A stretch of 64,000 nucleotides of DNA from Planctomycetota bacterium. Its GTDB lineage: Bacteria > Planctomycetota > UBA1135 > UBA2386. The stretch spans positions 1,056,001-1,120,000 of the forward strand of contig OZ245006.1 in the NCBI GenBank assembly GCA_965223545.1, written 5' to 3'. The notes under the pieces were generated by a model, which made no database searches, was not told the origin of the DNA, and was given only the letters and a program-made list of their open reading frames with translations. Below, piece after piece: positions 28,194 to 38,280 of the stretch; within the stretch, counting starts at the first letter, position 1; every line of letters begins with the position of its first letter. The position numbers and the translations under genes are program-made.

Positions 28194-28245
28194 GGGGATC
28201 TGGGCAACACTGCGGCCTACCCACTCCGACCTCCTGACGCCGGCC

Positions 28246-29247
28246 TCAGCCGCCGGCCTCATCCCGCGGCGCACGCTCCATCAGCGCGCGCACCGCGGCC
28301 TCCGGACTCGCGCCGCCGAACAACACGCCACAGACCGCGTCCGTGATCGGCATCTCGACCGCCAGCTCGACCGCGCGGTCCCGCACCACGCGCGAGGTCC
28401 AAACCCCTTCGGCCACCTTGGAGGTCGACGCCAAGATCTGCTCGACCGTCTCGCCGCGGCCGATGCGCTCGCCGAAGGCGCGGTTGCGGCCGTGGCGGCT
28501 GAACGCGGTCACGGCGAGATCACCCAGGCCGGCGACGCCGTTGAAGGTGCGGCGGTCGGCGCCTTCGGCGACGCCGTAGCGCGCCATCTCCACCAGCCCG
28601 CGGGCGAGGATCGCGGCCTTGGCGTTGTCGCCGAAGCCGAGGCCATCGGCGATGCCGGCGGCGATTGCCATCACGTTCTTGAGCGCGCCGCACAGCTCGA
28701 CGCCGAGCAGGTCGCGCTGCAGGTACACGCGCAGGCGCGGTGAGCCCAGCGCGCGCTGCAGCGCGCGCGCGCCGGCGCCCGACGCACCGGCCAGGACGAC
28801 GGCCGCCGGCAGGCCCAGCGCGAGCTCCTCGGCGTGGCTCGGCCCGCTCAGCGCCAGCACCGGGTGGCCGGCGCCGCACACTTCGCGGAGCACCTCGCTG
28901 GGCCGCATGCCGGTGCTCTGCTCGAGCCCCTTGGCCAACGAGACCAGTGTCACGCCCGCCGGCACCGCGCCGGCCATCGAGCCCAGCACCGCGCGCAAAT
29001 GCTGGGTCGGCACCGCCACCAGCACGGCCTCGGCATCCGCCAGCGCCGCGCCGGCGTCGCCGGTCACCGCGATCGCCGCCGGCAACACCACCTCCTCGGG
29101 CAGATACCGGGGGTTGCGGCGGGTGTCGCGGATCGTCTCGGTGTAGGCCGCATCGTGGCCCCACAGCCGCACCGCGTGGTCCGCTTCGTGGCACGACAGC
29201 GCCATCGCCGTGCCGAAGCCGCCGTTGCCGAGCACGGTGACGTTCAT
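28246..29247 (-). CDS. gpsA: NAD(P)H-dependent glycerol-3-phosphate dehydrogenase
   Basis: VLGNGGFGTAMA, NPRYLP, SGPSHAEE, GVELCGALKNVMAIAAG, GLGDL, RNR, AEG. Confidence 0.95.
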   Translation of the reverse strand: MNVTVLGNGGFGTAMALSCHEADHAVRLWGHDAAYTETIRDTRRNPRYLPEEVVLPAAIAVTGDAGAALADAEAVLVAVPTQHLRAVLGSMAGAVPAGVTLVSLAKGLEQSTGMRPSEVLREVCGAGHPVLALSGPSHAEELALGLPAAVVLAGASGAGARALQRALGSPRLRVYLQRDLLGVELCGALKNVMAIAAGIADGLGFGDNAKAAILARGLVEMARYGVAEGADRRTFNGVAGLGDLAVTAFSRHGRNRAFGERIGRGETVEQILASTSKVAEGVWTSRVVRDRAVELAVEMPITDAVCGVLFGGASPEAAVRALMERAPRDEAGG

Positions 29248-29843
29248 GCCGCTTTGAACATCGCCGCCAGGTTGCTGCGATGGGTGAAGAACAAGAAAAC
29301 GGCGATCAACAGGACGAACACCGTGGTCGCGACCCGCGGGCCAAACGCGGTCTCCGGCTCGCGCAGCACGACGGTGGCCGCCAGCGCGACCCCCAACGCC
29401 AGGCTGCCGAGGAACACCCGGCGCGTCGCCGCGAACACGGCGAAGAACACGCCGAGCCCCACCGCCAAGGCGATCGGGTCGAGCGCCGCCATCACGCCGG
29501 TCGTGGTGGCCACCCCCTTGCCGCCGCGGAAGCGCAGGAACGGCGATGCGCAGTGGCCGGCGATGGCACAGGCGCCAAACAGCACACCGCGCGCTTCCGG
29601 CCCGGCGAACCACTGCGGCAGGAGATACGCCGGCACGAAGCCCTTGGCGAAGTCGAGCACGTAGATCAGCAGGAACATCGCCAGCTTGCCGCGGCCGGCG
29701 AACGCGCGCGACGCGTTGGTGGCGCCGACGTTGCCCGACCCCAACGCGCGGATGTCCTGTCCTTTGATCCACCGCACCAGCAGCAGCGCGAACGGCACCG
29801 CGCCGAGCAGGTAGGACAGGAGACAACCGACGACCGTGGCCAC
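29244..29843 (-). CDS. plsY: Glycerol-3-phosphate acyltransferase PlsY
   Basis: YLLGAVPF, GSGNVGATN, DFAKG, GH...FRGGKGVAT, HRSN. Confidence 0.95.
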   Translation of the reverse strand: MATVVGCLLSYLLGAVPFALLLVRWIKGQDIRALGSGNVGATNASRAFAGRGKLAMFLLIYVLDFAKGFVPAYLLPQWFAGPEARGVLFGACAIAGHCASPFLRFRGGKGVATTTGVMAALDPIALAVGLGVFFAVFAATRRVFLGSLALGVALAATVVLREPETAFGPRVATTVFVLLIAVFLFFTHRSNLAAMFKAA

Positions 29844-29979
29844 GTGCCCAAGGATTGTGTCCGCAGCGAGCCTGCGCGCCAGCGTTATCCCGCCGCGCTC
29901 GACGCCGTGGTTTTCTCCCCCCGCGGCTTTTTGCGCGCGGGCGGTGGCCCGCGGTGCGCCTGGCGTGCATCGTGCCTCC

Positions 29980-31938
29980 GTGCCCCCAACCCCCAGACCG
30001 CTGCGCATCGGCGTCGACACCGGCGGCACGTTCACCGACGTCGCCGTGCTGCGCGGTGGCACCTTGTCGGTGCACAAGCTGCCGTCGACGCCGGACGATC
30101 CGGCGCGGGCGGTGCTCGACGGCATCGCCGCGGTCCGCGGCCGCGCCCGCGCCGTGGACGTCGTGCACGGCACCACGGTCGGCCTCAACGCGATCCTCAC
30201 CGGTCGCGTCGCGCGCACAGCTCTGGTGACCAACCGCGGCTTCGAGGACCTGATCGAGATCGGCCGCCAAACGCGCACGCAGGTCTACGATCTGCACGCC
30301 GACAAACCGGTGCTGCCGGTGCCGCGCAATTTGCGATTCGGCGTCGAAACGCGGCGCGACGCCGGCGGCGCCCTGCTGCGGCGCGCCACCCGCGAAGAGC
30401 TGACGCGCTTGCGCGATCGGCTGAGCCGCGCCCGCGTCGACGCCATCGCCATCGGCCTGCTGCACAGCTACGCCCACCCCGAAGACGAGCGCGCGATCGC
30501 GCGCGCGCTGGCGCCGCTGGGCGTGCCGATCACCTGCAGTGCCGAGCTCCTGGCGGTCTCCGGCGAGTACGAGCGCTACGCCGCGGCGGTGCTCAACGCG
30601 GCGATCACGCCGGTGGTCGGCAGCTATCTGCAGCGGCTGGCGGCGGGGCTGGACGACGGCGCACTGCGCCTGATGCGCAGCAGCGGTGGCATCATGTCGA
30701 GCGCCGAGGCGACGCGCTTTCCGGCGCGCGCGGTGCTCTCCGGCCCGGCGGGCGGAGTGCTCGCCACTCGCCACTGCGCCCGCGCCTTCGGCCACGAGGT
30801 CGTCGCCGGCTTCGACATGGGCGGCACCTCGACCGACGTGTCGTTGATCGGCACGGGCCCCGGCGCCAGCGACGGCACCGTGCTGGGCGGGCTGCCGTTG
30901 GCGGTGCCGGCGGTCGAAGTCCACACCATTGGCTGCGGCGGCGGCAGCATCGCGATGGTCGACCCGGGCGGTGCGCTGCGCGTCGGCCCGGACAGCGCCG
31001 GCGCGATCCCCGGGCCCGCGTGCTACGGCCACGGCGACCAACCGACGGTCACCGATGCGCACATGGTCTTGGGCCACATGGGCGCCGAGACGCTGCTCGG
31101 CGGCGCGTTTCCGGTCGACCCCGATCTGTCGGCGCGCGCCGTCGAGCGCCTCGGCCGCCGCCTCGGCCTGACCCTGGCGCAGACCGCGCGCGGCATCCTC
31201 GAGGTCGCCGAGGTCGCGATGCGCCGCGCGCTGATGGTGATCACCGTCGAGCGCGCGATCGACCCAATGGGCGTCCCGCTGGTGGCGTTCGGCGGCGCCG
31301 GCGGCCTGCACGCGGCCTCGCTGGCGCGACAGCTCGGCATGCCGTTCGCGTTGGTCCCGGCCCACCCCGGCGCGCTGTCCGCCGTCGGCCTGGCGTTGGC
31401 CGCGGAGAGCCACGAGGTCGTCGTCTCGGTGCTACAGCCCTTGTCGGAGATCGCCGGCCCGAGCCTGCGACAGCGCGCGCGCGCCGCCGCCGCCGGCGCG
31501 GTCGAGGCACTCGGCCCCGGCCCGCGCCCGCGCGCGGTGGTCGGCGTGCGGCTGCGCTACGCCGGGCAGGGCGACGGCCTGACGCTCGCGCTCGGTGGCA
31601 ATCTCGAGGATCGGTTTTCGAAAGCGCACGAACAGCGCTTCGGCTTCGCCGCCCGCGGCACGCCGATCGAGGTCGTCGAGCTCCGCGCGCGGGCCGAGCG
31701 TCGCGAGCGCCGCCTACCCGCCGCGGCAGCGCCCAAGGGCAACCCTCCCGCGAGCGGCACCTCCCGCCGGCGCCGCCCGCCCGCCGGCGGTCCGGCGTGG
31801 CAAGTCGTCGACCGCGCCGACCTCGGCGTCGGCAGCCGACTGCGAGGCCCGTGCCTGATCGAGGAGCGCACCGGGGTCACGGTCGTTCCCACCCGGGTCG
31901 AGTGCCTGGTCCGCGACGCCGGTCTGCAACTCCGCTGA
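29980..31938 (+). CDS. Hydantoinase/oxoprolinase family protein (A subunit)
   Basis: IGVDTGGTFTD, HGTTVGLNA, SGPAGG, DMGGTSTD, IGCGGGS, GPACYG; start approximate. Confidence 0.9.
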   Translation: MPPTPRPLRIGVDTGGTFTDVAVLRGGTLSVHKLPSTPDDPARAVLDGIAAVRGRARAVDVVHGTTVGLNAILTGRVARTALVTNRGFEDLIEIGRQTRTQVYDLHADKPVLPVPRNLRFGVETRRDAGGALLRRATREELTRLRDRLSRARVDAIAIGLLHSYAHPEDERAIARALAPLGVPITCSAELLAVSGEYERYAAAVLNAAITPVVGSYLQRLAAGLDDGALRLMRSSGGIMSSAEATRFPARAVLSGPAGGVLATRHCARAFGHEVVAGFDMGGTSTDVSLIGTGPGASDGTVLGGLPLAVPAVEVHTIGCGGGSIAMVDPGGALRVGPDSAGAIPGPACYGHGDQPTVTDAHMVLGHMGAETLLGGAFPVDPDLSARAVERLGRRLGLTLAQTARGILEVAEVAMRRALMVITVERAIDPMGVPLVAFGGAGGLHAASLARQLGMPFALVPAHPGALSAVGLALAAESHEVVVSVLQPLSEIAGPSLRQRARAAAAGAVEALGPGPRPRAVVGVRLRYAGQGDGLTLALGGNLEDRFSKAHEQRFGFAARGTPIEVVELRARAERRERRLPAAAAPKGNPPASGTSRRRRPPAGGPAWQVVDRADLGVGSRLRGPCLIEERTGVTVVPTRVECLVRDAGLQLR

Positions 31939-32080
31939 GCGCCACGAAGGCCGCGGATTGACAGGGGCGCCGTGGCGTCCTATTGATGGTTGACAGAATT
32001 CGAGCCGAGGAGCGTCCTGCAACGGCGTCCACTCGGCACGTCCGCACTGCAGCCGGGGGTTGTCCGCCACGGACGTAAAA

Positions 32081-32584
32081 CTACGACTCTCCTTCTTCCC
32101 CTTTCCCCAGTTCCCCCCCGGCTCTTTTTTCGTCGATCTCCAAGAACCGCGCTCGGTGCTCGGCGGTCGGCACCGGGCACTGGGCGAGTCGCCCGAACAG
32201 CGCGTAGCGCACGCGCGCGACCAGGCCATAGCCGGCATCGAGGAGCAGGCCGGGCAAGAACGACAACACGCGGAACACGCGCCAACCGCCGCCGAGGCCG
32301 GTCAACACGAACAGAGCAGCTCGGCCGCGGCACAGCAGCCGCTGTTGTTCGGTACCGGCGTCCGCCAACACGTACATCGTGCTCAACCGGTCGGGATTGC
32401 CGCCGAGCGGCGGCAGCACGTCGGCCGCCAACGCGCCCTGCAGGGTGGCAAACCGGAAGCGGTCGCCGCGATCCCGCCGCAGCACGAACTGAACGAAGCC
32501 GTGGCACATGCCGCACACACCGTCGAAGAACACCACGTGCCGGCCGGCCGCGGCGCGCAGCGCCACCGCCCCAGCCTCAGCCAC
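32081..32584 (-). CDS. DCC1/DUF393 thiol-disulfide oxidoreductase
   Basis: VFFDGVCGMC, FRFATLQ, Y.LVAR.RY.LFGR. Confidence 0.88.
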   Translation of the reverse strand: MAEAGAVALRAAAGRHVVFFDGVCGMCHGFVQFVLRRDRGDRFRFATLQGALAADVLPPLGGNPDRLSTMYVLADAGTEQQRLLCRGRAALFVLTGLGGGWRVFRVLSFLPGLLLDAGYGLVARVRYALFGRLAQCPVPTAEHRARFLEIDEKRAGGELGKGEEGES

Positions 32585-33011
32585 CGCCGATCGCGGTGCG
32601 CAAGTGGGCGTAGCAGCGCTCGGCGGGCGCCGTCTCCTCGACCGGATAGCCCAGCGCCGCCCAGCCGGGCTCGACCTCGCCGCTCGGCGTGCGCGCGCCG
32701 CCGAAGCCGCAGTGCATGTTGACGAGAGCCGAGAAGCCGGCCGCCGCCAACGCCTCGCAGGCGGCCAACGACCGGCCGCCGGCGGCACAGCCGACCACCA
32801 GCTTGGCGTCGGCGGGAAAGTGCGCGCGCACGACCGCGACGAAATCCGGGTTGGCCTGCATGCCGGCGTCGCCGAAGGTCGCGAACGGGACGTTGTAGGC
32901 GCCGGCCGGGTGGCCCGCGTCGAACTCGTCGGTGGTCCGCACGTCGAGGTAGACGTGGTCGGCGTCGATCAGGGGCCGCGCTTCTGGCGGCACAACGGTG
33001 CGGAAGCCCAT
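32577..33011 (-). CDS. Rhodanese-like domain protein
   Basis: YLDVRT..EF..GH..GA.NVP; active loop CAAGGRS. Confidence 0.9.
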   Translation of the reverse strand: MGFRTVVPPEARPLIDADHVYLDVRTTDEFDAGHPAGAYNVPFATFGDAGMQANPDFVAVVRAHFPADAKLVVGCAAGGRSLAACEALAAAGFSALVNMHCGFGGARTPSGEVEPGWAALGYPVEETAPAERCYAHLRTAIGGG

Positions 33012-33044
33012 CGACGACGAGCGTAACGCCGTCGCACCCGGCTG

Positions 33045-34520
33045 TCAGCCGCGCTTGGCAGCGTCGCGGAGCAACGCCGCGATCTCGGCCGCACCGCGGG
33101 CCTGCGCCAGCTGCAGCGGCGTCTGGCCGCCCCGATCCCACTTGTAGCCGACCGCGTGCAGGTCGGCGCCGGCTTCGATGCACCACTGGGCCAGATCGGC
33201 ATTGCCGCGCACTACACACCAGTGCAGCAAGGTGACGCCGAGGCTCTCCTGGTCGACCGACACGCCGCGCCCGCGCAGCAGCTCCGCCATCTCGACGCCG
33301 GCGCCGCCGATCGCCGAGTACCAGGCCACCGGGAAGTCGTGGGCGCCGCGCTCGTGCACCAACACGGGGTCGCGGTCGAGGAGAAAGCGCACGAAGTCGA
33401 AGTCGCCCAAGGACACGGCCGTCGGCAGCGACAGCGGCGCGCCGTGATCGAGATGGAAGCGGATGATGGCGTGGTTGCCCATGTGCGCGGCGGCCTCGAT
33501 CGCCAGCTCGTCGTCCGTCGACATCGAGAACACGCGGCGCCGGTCGGTGCCGACCAGCTCTCGCACGCGGTCGAGGGCATTGTGCGAGCTGCCGGTGATC
33601 CGGCTCTGGATCTCCTGGCGGACATCGCCGAGATCGGGCCGCCGCACCGGTTGGCGGTTGGCGTCGAAGGCGAAACGCGAGGCGCGGTGGTCGCGCGGCA
33701 GCGCGGCGACGTCGCGCAACAGCGCCACCCCCCGCTGCCAGCCGAGGACCTCGGCGAGCTCGAGCGGTGTGCGGCCGTGGTCGTCGCGATGGTCGGCGTC
33801 ACTGCCCTTGCGCACCGCCAAGCGCAGCAGCTGCTCGTCGCGGCGCAGCACGGCACCGTGCAACACCGAGTCGCCGCCGCGCTGCGCCGCGTTGGGATCG
33901 CTGCCGTTGCCCAACAGGTCGGTCAACGCCATGCGCGCGCCCTCCGGCGAACGACACTCCAGCGCGGCGCGCGGTGGCGTGAAGCCACTGCCACCGCGCG
34001 GTGCGGCGTCGGGATCGCAACCGTGCTGGCGCAGACGCCACAGATCGAGGCTGCCGGCGAGGGCACCCGCGTGCAGCAGCGTCCCGCCCGTGGACTGCAG
34101 GCGTGCGCACAGCTCGGGATCGTCGTCGGCGAGCGTCCGCAGGCGGTCCCAGTCCTCGGCGAACACGCACTCTTCGGCGTCCAGCACCAGGTCTTCGGCG
34201 CGCAGCGCCGCGGCAACTTCGGTGTGGCCCGCGAGATGGGCGAGCACGAACGCCGACCGCCCGGCGGAATCTCGGGTCGCCGCCAGCGCCGGCTCGGCGG
34301 CCAGCAGGCGCCGGACCGCGGCAAGATCGCCCGTCCGCACCGCGGCGAGCAAGGCCGCGGGATCGCCGCCCACCGCCGGCGCGGACCGCCGCCCGCGCCG
34401 GTCGCCAAGACGGCCGCCGCTCCGCACCGCGGCGGGTAGGACGGGTAGGGCGGGAAGGGCGGCCAAGCCACCGAGACCGGCCAGGACCTGACGCCGAGAG
34501 GGGTAGGGGTGCTGCATCAC
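33045..34520 (-). CDS. Tat-exported ankyrin-repeat protein
   Basis: SRRQVL twin-arginine signal; ankyrin motifs GDSVLHGAV, GRTPLELA, GVTLLHWC, GQTPLQLA. Confidence 0.82.
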   Translation of the reverse strand: MMQHPYPSRRQVLAGLGGLAALPALPVLPAAVRSGGRLGDRRGRRSAPAVGGDPAALLAAVRTGDLAAVRRLLAAEPALAATRDSAGRSAFVLAHLAGHTEVAAALRAEDLVLDAEECVFAEDWDRLRTLADDDPELCARLQSTGGTLLHAGALAGSLDLWRLRQHGCDPDAAPRGGSGFTPPRAALECRSPEGARMALTDLLGNGSDPNAAQRGGDSVLHGAVLRRDEQLLRLAVRKGSDADHRDDHGRTPLELAEVLGWQRGVALLRDVAALPRDHRASRFAFDANRQPVRRPDLGDVRQEIQSRITGSSHNALDRVRELVGTDRRRVFSMSTDDELAIEAAAHMGNHAIIRFHLDHGAPLSLPTAVSLGDFDFVRFLLDRDPVLVHERGAHDFPVAWYSAIGGAGVEMAELLRGRGVSVDQESLGVTLLHWCVVRGNADLAQWCIEAGADLHAVGYKWDRGGQTPLQLAQARGAAEIAALLRDAAKRG

Positions 34521-34539
34521 TCAACCCCAGCGAACGGCG

Positions 34540-35145
34540 ATGCCCGCGGAGATCAGCAAACACAAAAAACAGATCCGTACGCGCAACCCACCACCGGCAA
34601 ACGTCCTCAACACCGTGCCCACCACGACCAGTCCCGGCACGAGCTGGCCCGCCGGCGCCGGCAACGACGAGGATGCGCGCTTTGCCAGCGCGTACCGACA
34701 GCTGCGCGATCTCGCGCGGCAGAAGCTGCGCGGCGAGCCAGCCACCGCGCCGGCCCCGACCGCGCTGGTGCACGACGTGCTGCTGCGCCTCGGCCTGCCG
34801 CGGTCGACGACGGCGGACGCGGCCGAGCTCGCGCGGCTCGCCGCCGGCGTCATGCGCCACATGTTGGTCGACCAGGCCCGCCGCCGGCAGCGCCGGCGGC
34901 AAGCCCTGGCGGCGCACGCCGACCGCACCACGCCGACCGATGACGAGCGGTTGCGGCAACTGCCCGAAGCGCTCGACCGCCTGGCGGCCTGTGATCCCGG
35001 ACTCGCCCGGGTCGTCGAGCTGCGCTTCCTGGTCGGTCTCGATGTCAACGACACCGCGGCCGCGCTCGGCATCTCGACCGCGACCGTGGTGCGCGATTGG
35101 CGGACGGCGCGCGCTTTCCTGCAGCGGGAGCTCGGCCAGCCATGA
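34540..35145 (+). CDS. ECF sigma factor (TIGR02999/planctomycete type, kinase-associated)
   Basis: Y.QLR.LA, PTALVHD..LRL, MRHMLVDQARRR, RVVELRF..G, TVVRDW..ARAFL; start may be GTG near 34615. Confidence 0.85.
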   Translation: MPAEISKHKKQIRTRNPPPANVLNTVPTTTSPGTSWPAGAGNDEDARFASAYRQLRDLARQKLRGEPATAPAPTALVHDVLLRLGLPRSTTADAAELARLAAGVMRHMLVDQARRRQRRRQALAAHADRTTPTDDERLRQLPEALDRLAACDPGLARVVELRFLVGLDVNDTAAALGISTATVVRDWRTARAFLQRELGQP

Positions 35146-36746
35146 CCGATCGCATCGAGCGATGGCGGACCGTGCGCGCCGCGTTGGAGAGCCTTCGCGA
35201 TGCCCCCGCGGCGCACCGCGACACGACTCTCGCCGCTTGGCGGCGCCGCAACCCGACGCTCGCCGGCGAGCTGGAGGGCTTGTTGGAATGCGACCGGCGC
35301 ACCGAGCCCCTCTGGGCAACACCCCTGCCGGTACGACTCGGCATCGATGCCGGCAAACCCGACGCCACCCGGCCGCGCATCGACGGATGCGCTCTCGGCG
35401 AGCCCGCCGCCCGGGGCGGGTCGTCGACGGTCTACCGCGGCCGTGCCGCGGATGGCGCGGCGGTGGCCGCCAAGATCCTCGACCGCGCCGCGGTCCGACC
35501 GGGTCTCGAACGCCGCTGGTCGCTCGAGCACGCGACCCTCGCGCGCTTGTCACACCCGTGGATCGTGCAGCCGCGCGGCTGCGGCACGACCGCGGACGGC
35601 CTGCCGTACCTGCTGACCGACTGGGTCGATGGCCAGCCCATCGACCGGTACTGCTCCGCCCATCGGCTCTCGACGGCAGCGCGCGTCGAGCTGATCGTCG
35701 ATGTCTGCAGCGCCGTCCACCACGCCCACCAGCGGCTGGTCGTGCACCGCGACTTGAAGCCCGCCAACATCCTGATCACCGCCGGGGGCGAACCCCGCCT
35801 GCTCGACTTCGGCGTCGCCAAGCTGCTCGCCCGAGACCACCCGAACCTCGCCACCGAAGAGCTCGGGGCCGCGCCGATGACGCTGGCCTACGCCAGCCCC
35901 GAGCAGGTGCGCGGTGAGCCGGTGACGACGGCGAGCGACGTGTATTCGCTCGGCGTCGTCCTGTTCGAGCTGGTGTGTGGCGGCCCTCCGTACCGGACCG
36001 ATCCGAACGCTCCACATCCGGTCGGCGCGGTGCTCACCCACCCACCGCTGGACCCGCGCGCCACCGCCGCGCGCTGTGGCGCACCACCCGTATCCCGTGA
36101 TCTGGCGCTGGTGCTGCGGCGCTGCCTGGCCAAGGACGCGGCCGACCGCTACCCCTCGGCGGCGCACCTCGCCGACGACCTGCGCCGCTGGCTGCAGCAC
36201 CGACCGGTGCGCGCACGCCGGCGCAGCGCCGCGCGCTCGCTCGCTGCCTGGGCCAAGCGCCAGCCACTGCTGGCCGCGCTCGTGGTGGCCGCGATCGGCA
36301 CGGCGATCGGCGGCGGCGCGGTGGCGTGGCGAGATCTGCTGCAGGTGCGCACCAGCGAGCGCATCGCCTGGCGCGCCCACACGAGCGCCGTCGCGGCGAC
36401 CGGGGTCTTGGCAGACCTCCTCCGGCGCGGCGTCGCCGCCGGTGAAGACGGCGGCGATCTGCTGCGGCGCGGCGACGCGGCGTTGGCGCGGTTGCACGAC
36501 CTGCCCGAGGCGGCCGGGCGCCTCGCGCTGGCACTGGCAGCCCTGGCGCTCGACCTCGGCGATGCCGGCCGGGCGTCCCGCTACACCGCGACGGCGGAGG
36601 CGTACGTCTCGACCACGCGAGGCTTCGGCCAACGCGACCGCGAAGAATGCGCGCGGCTGCGCGCCGCGATCGCAGCGCGGTCGTCTACTTCTTCGGCGGC
36701 GCCGCGGACTCCGGCACCACGCGCAGCAGATCGCCCTCCTCGATGA
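35142..36746 (+). CDS. Serine/threonine protein kinase
   Basis: VAAKIL, HRDLKPANIL, LLDFGVAK, YASPEQ, SDVYSLG; ATGA overlap with the sigma gene; one TM. Confidence 0.92.
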   Translation: MTDRIERWRTVRAALESLRDAPAAHRDTTLAAWRRRNPTLAGELEGLLECDRRTEPLWATPLPVRLGIDAGKPDATRPRIDGCALGEPAARGGSSTVYRGRAADGAAVAAKILDRAAVRPGLERRWSLEHATLARLSHPWIVQPRGCGTTADGLPYLLTDWVDGQPIDRYCSAHRLSTAARVELIVDVCSAVHHAHQRLVVHRDLKPANILITAGGEPRLLDFGVAKLLARDHPNLATEELGAAPMTLAYASPEQVRGEPVTTASDVYSLGVVLFELVCGGPPYRTDPNAPHPVGAVLTHPPLDPRATAARCGAPPVSRDLALVLRRCLAKDAADRYPSAAHLADDLRRWLQHRPVRARRRSAARSLAAWAKRQPLLAALVVAAIGTAIGGGAVAWRDLLQVRTSERIAWRAHTSAVAATGVLADLLRRGVAAGEDGGDLLRRGDAALARLHDLPEAAGRLALALAALALDLGDAGRASRYTATAEAYVSTTRGFGQRDREECARLRAAIAARSSTSSAAPRTPAPRAADRPPR

Positions 36747-38280
36747 CGATCGCGCCGACCTGACGCACGGTCACCTGCAGCGCATCGCGGGCCGGCACGT
36801 TGCGCAGGCGCACGGTCACGCGGCCGCGCACGTCGGGGTGCACGACGATGTTGGTGCCGGTGATCTTCGCGATCGTGGCGATCACGTCACCGACGTCGCT
36901 GTCCTCGAACGCGAACATGACGCGCGGCAGCTGGGCGTCGGCGGCCTTGCGCGCCGGTGCCGGTGCGGGCTTCATCGGCATGAACATCGTCAGCTGCGCC
37001 GGCTCCACCAACTTGTCCAGGCGCCCGACCACGTCGCGGGTCATGGCGTGGCTCAAGCGCAGCACGACCGTGGCCCGACGGCTGTCGGACGCCGGGTCGA
37101 TCTTCATCTCCTCGACGGCGTAGCCGGCTTTTCCCAACCGCGTCACCACGGTGCCGAGGTCTTGCTCGGCTGCGTACTCGAACGCGACCTTGACGCGGGT
37201 CACGCCGCGCTCGACTGCCTTCGCCTCGTTCTTGCCCACCGCGGTCTTCTCGCTCTTGGACGCGACCGGGGCCGGGTCTTGCGCCGCCCGCAGCGGCGAC
37301 GTCCACGCCAACGACGACAGCTGCGCCAACACCACCACCGCGGCGCCGTGCGCAAAAGCCAACCACCGCGATCCGCGCAACAGCGGCACGCCCTCTCGTT
37401 GCAACAACATCTCCATCCTCCGACCGAACTCGGTCTGCACCGTCACCATGCCGAGCGCCACGGCGCGCGCGCGGCGCACCGTTGGCAAACGCTCGGCCAA
37501 GTCGATCATCGCGCGCGCGTAGGCCGCCCGGCTGATCTGCGCCGCCGCGCTCGCGTCGGCGAGCACCTCGGCGGCGCGGCGCGCCTCGCGCCGCAGCCAC
37601 CAGTACGCGGGGTGCCAGAACAGCAGCGGCATCATGGCCGCGAACAGCGCGCGGCCGCGCAGGTCGCCGCGGCGCAGATGCGCGGCCTCGTGGGCGAGCA
37701 CCGCGCGCAGCACACCGGCATCGCCCCGCGCCAGGCCGCCGGGCAGCACGACCGCCGGCCGCAGCAAGCCGCAGCAGAACGGCCCAGCCACGGCGTCGCT
37801 GACCAGCACGCGCACGCGCCGCTGGTCCTCTGGCAGCAGTGCCCGGACCACAGCGCCCGCCGGCCGCGCACGGCACAGCGTCCACAGCAACAGCAGCCAA
37901 GACGCGAACAGCCAAACCGTCAGCGCGGCCCCGCCGGCGAGCAGGACCACGCCCAGCAGCTCCGCCAGGCCCCATCCCGCCGGCACCGCGCCCGCTTCGG
38001 TCAAGGGCACGGACCCGATGGCGCTCTCCACGACCGCCTCCGATCGCGCAGCGTTCGACTCCGGCACAATCGACGGGGCGGGCGCAGCGGCCGACGGCGG
38101 TCGCGTGAACGCCAGCAGCAGCCATCCGACCCATCCGAGCGCGGCCAGCTCGGCGGTGCGCTGCCGCCACAGCGGCGTCCGCACGCGGGCGACCACGAGC
38201 GCACCGACCCCGATCCACAGCACCGAGCCGATGGCGAACACCGCGGCGTTGTCGCGCCACGCCAGGAACAAACTGTCCAC
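36685..38280 (-). CDS. BlaR1/MecR1-type M56 metallopeptidase with C-terminal STN/secretin-N0-like domain
   Basis: GPFCCGLLRP, HEAAH zinc motif, FWHP..W, E..AD; C-terminal F.FEDSDV.DVI..IAKITGTNIVV...VRGRVTVRL.NVP. Confidence 0.85.
   Translation of the reverse strand: MDSLFLAWRDNAAVFAIGSVLWIGVGALVVARVRTPLWRQRTAELAALGWVGWLLLAFTRPPSAAAPAPSIVPESNAARSEAVVESAIGSVPLTEAGAVPAGWGLAELLGVVLLAGGAALTVWLFASWLLLLWTLCRARPAGAVVRALLPEDQRRVRVLVSDAVAGPFCCGLLRPAVVLPGGLARGDAGVLRAVLAHEAAHLRRGDLRGRALFAAMMPLLFWHPAYWWLRREARRAAEVLADASAAAQISRAAYARAMIDLAERLPTVRRARAVALGMVTVQTEFGRRMEMLLQREGVPLLRGSRWLAFAHGAAVVVLAQLSSLAWTSPLRAAQDPAPVASKSEKTAVGKNEAKAVERGVTRVKVAFEYAAEQDLGTVVTRLGKAGYAVEEMKIDPASDSRRATVVLRLSHAMTRDVVGRLDKLVEPAQLTMFMPMKPAPAPARKAADAQLPRVMFAFEDSDVGDVIATIAKITGTNIVVHPDVRGRVTVRLRNVPARDALQVTVRQVGAIVIEEGDLLRVVPESAAPPKK

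Noticed and set aside
28246..31413. 1055-aa ORF as an extended GpsA
   Set aside because: GpsA begins at ATG 29247; the extension overlaps plsY and is antisense to the hydantoinase gene.
34433..34460. G-rich run resembling a G-quadruplex
   Set aside because: Explained by the LPALPVLP codons of the ankyrin protein signal region on the minus strand.
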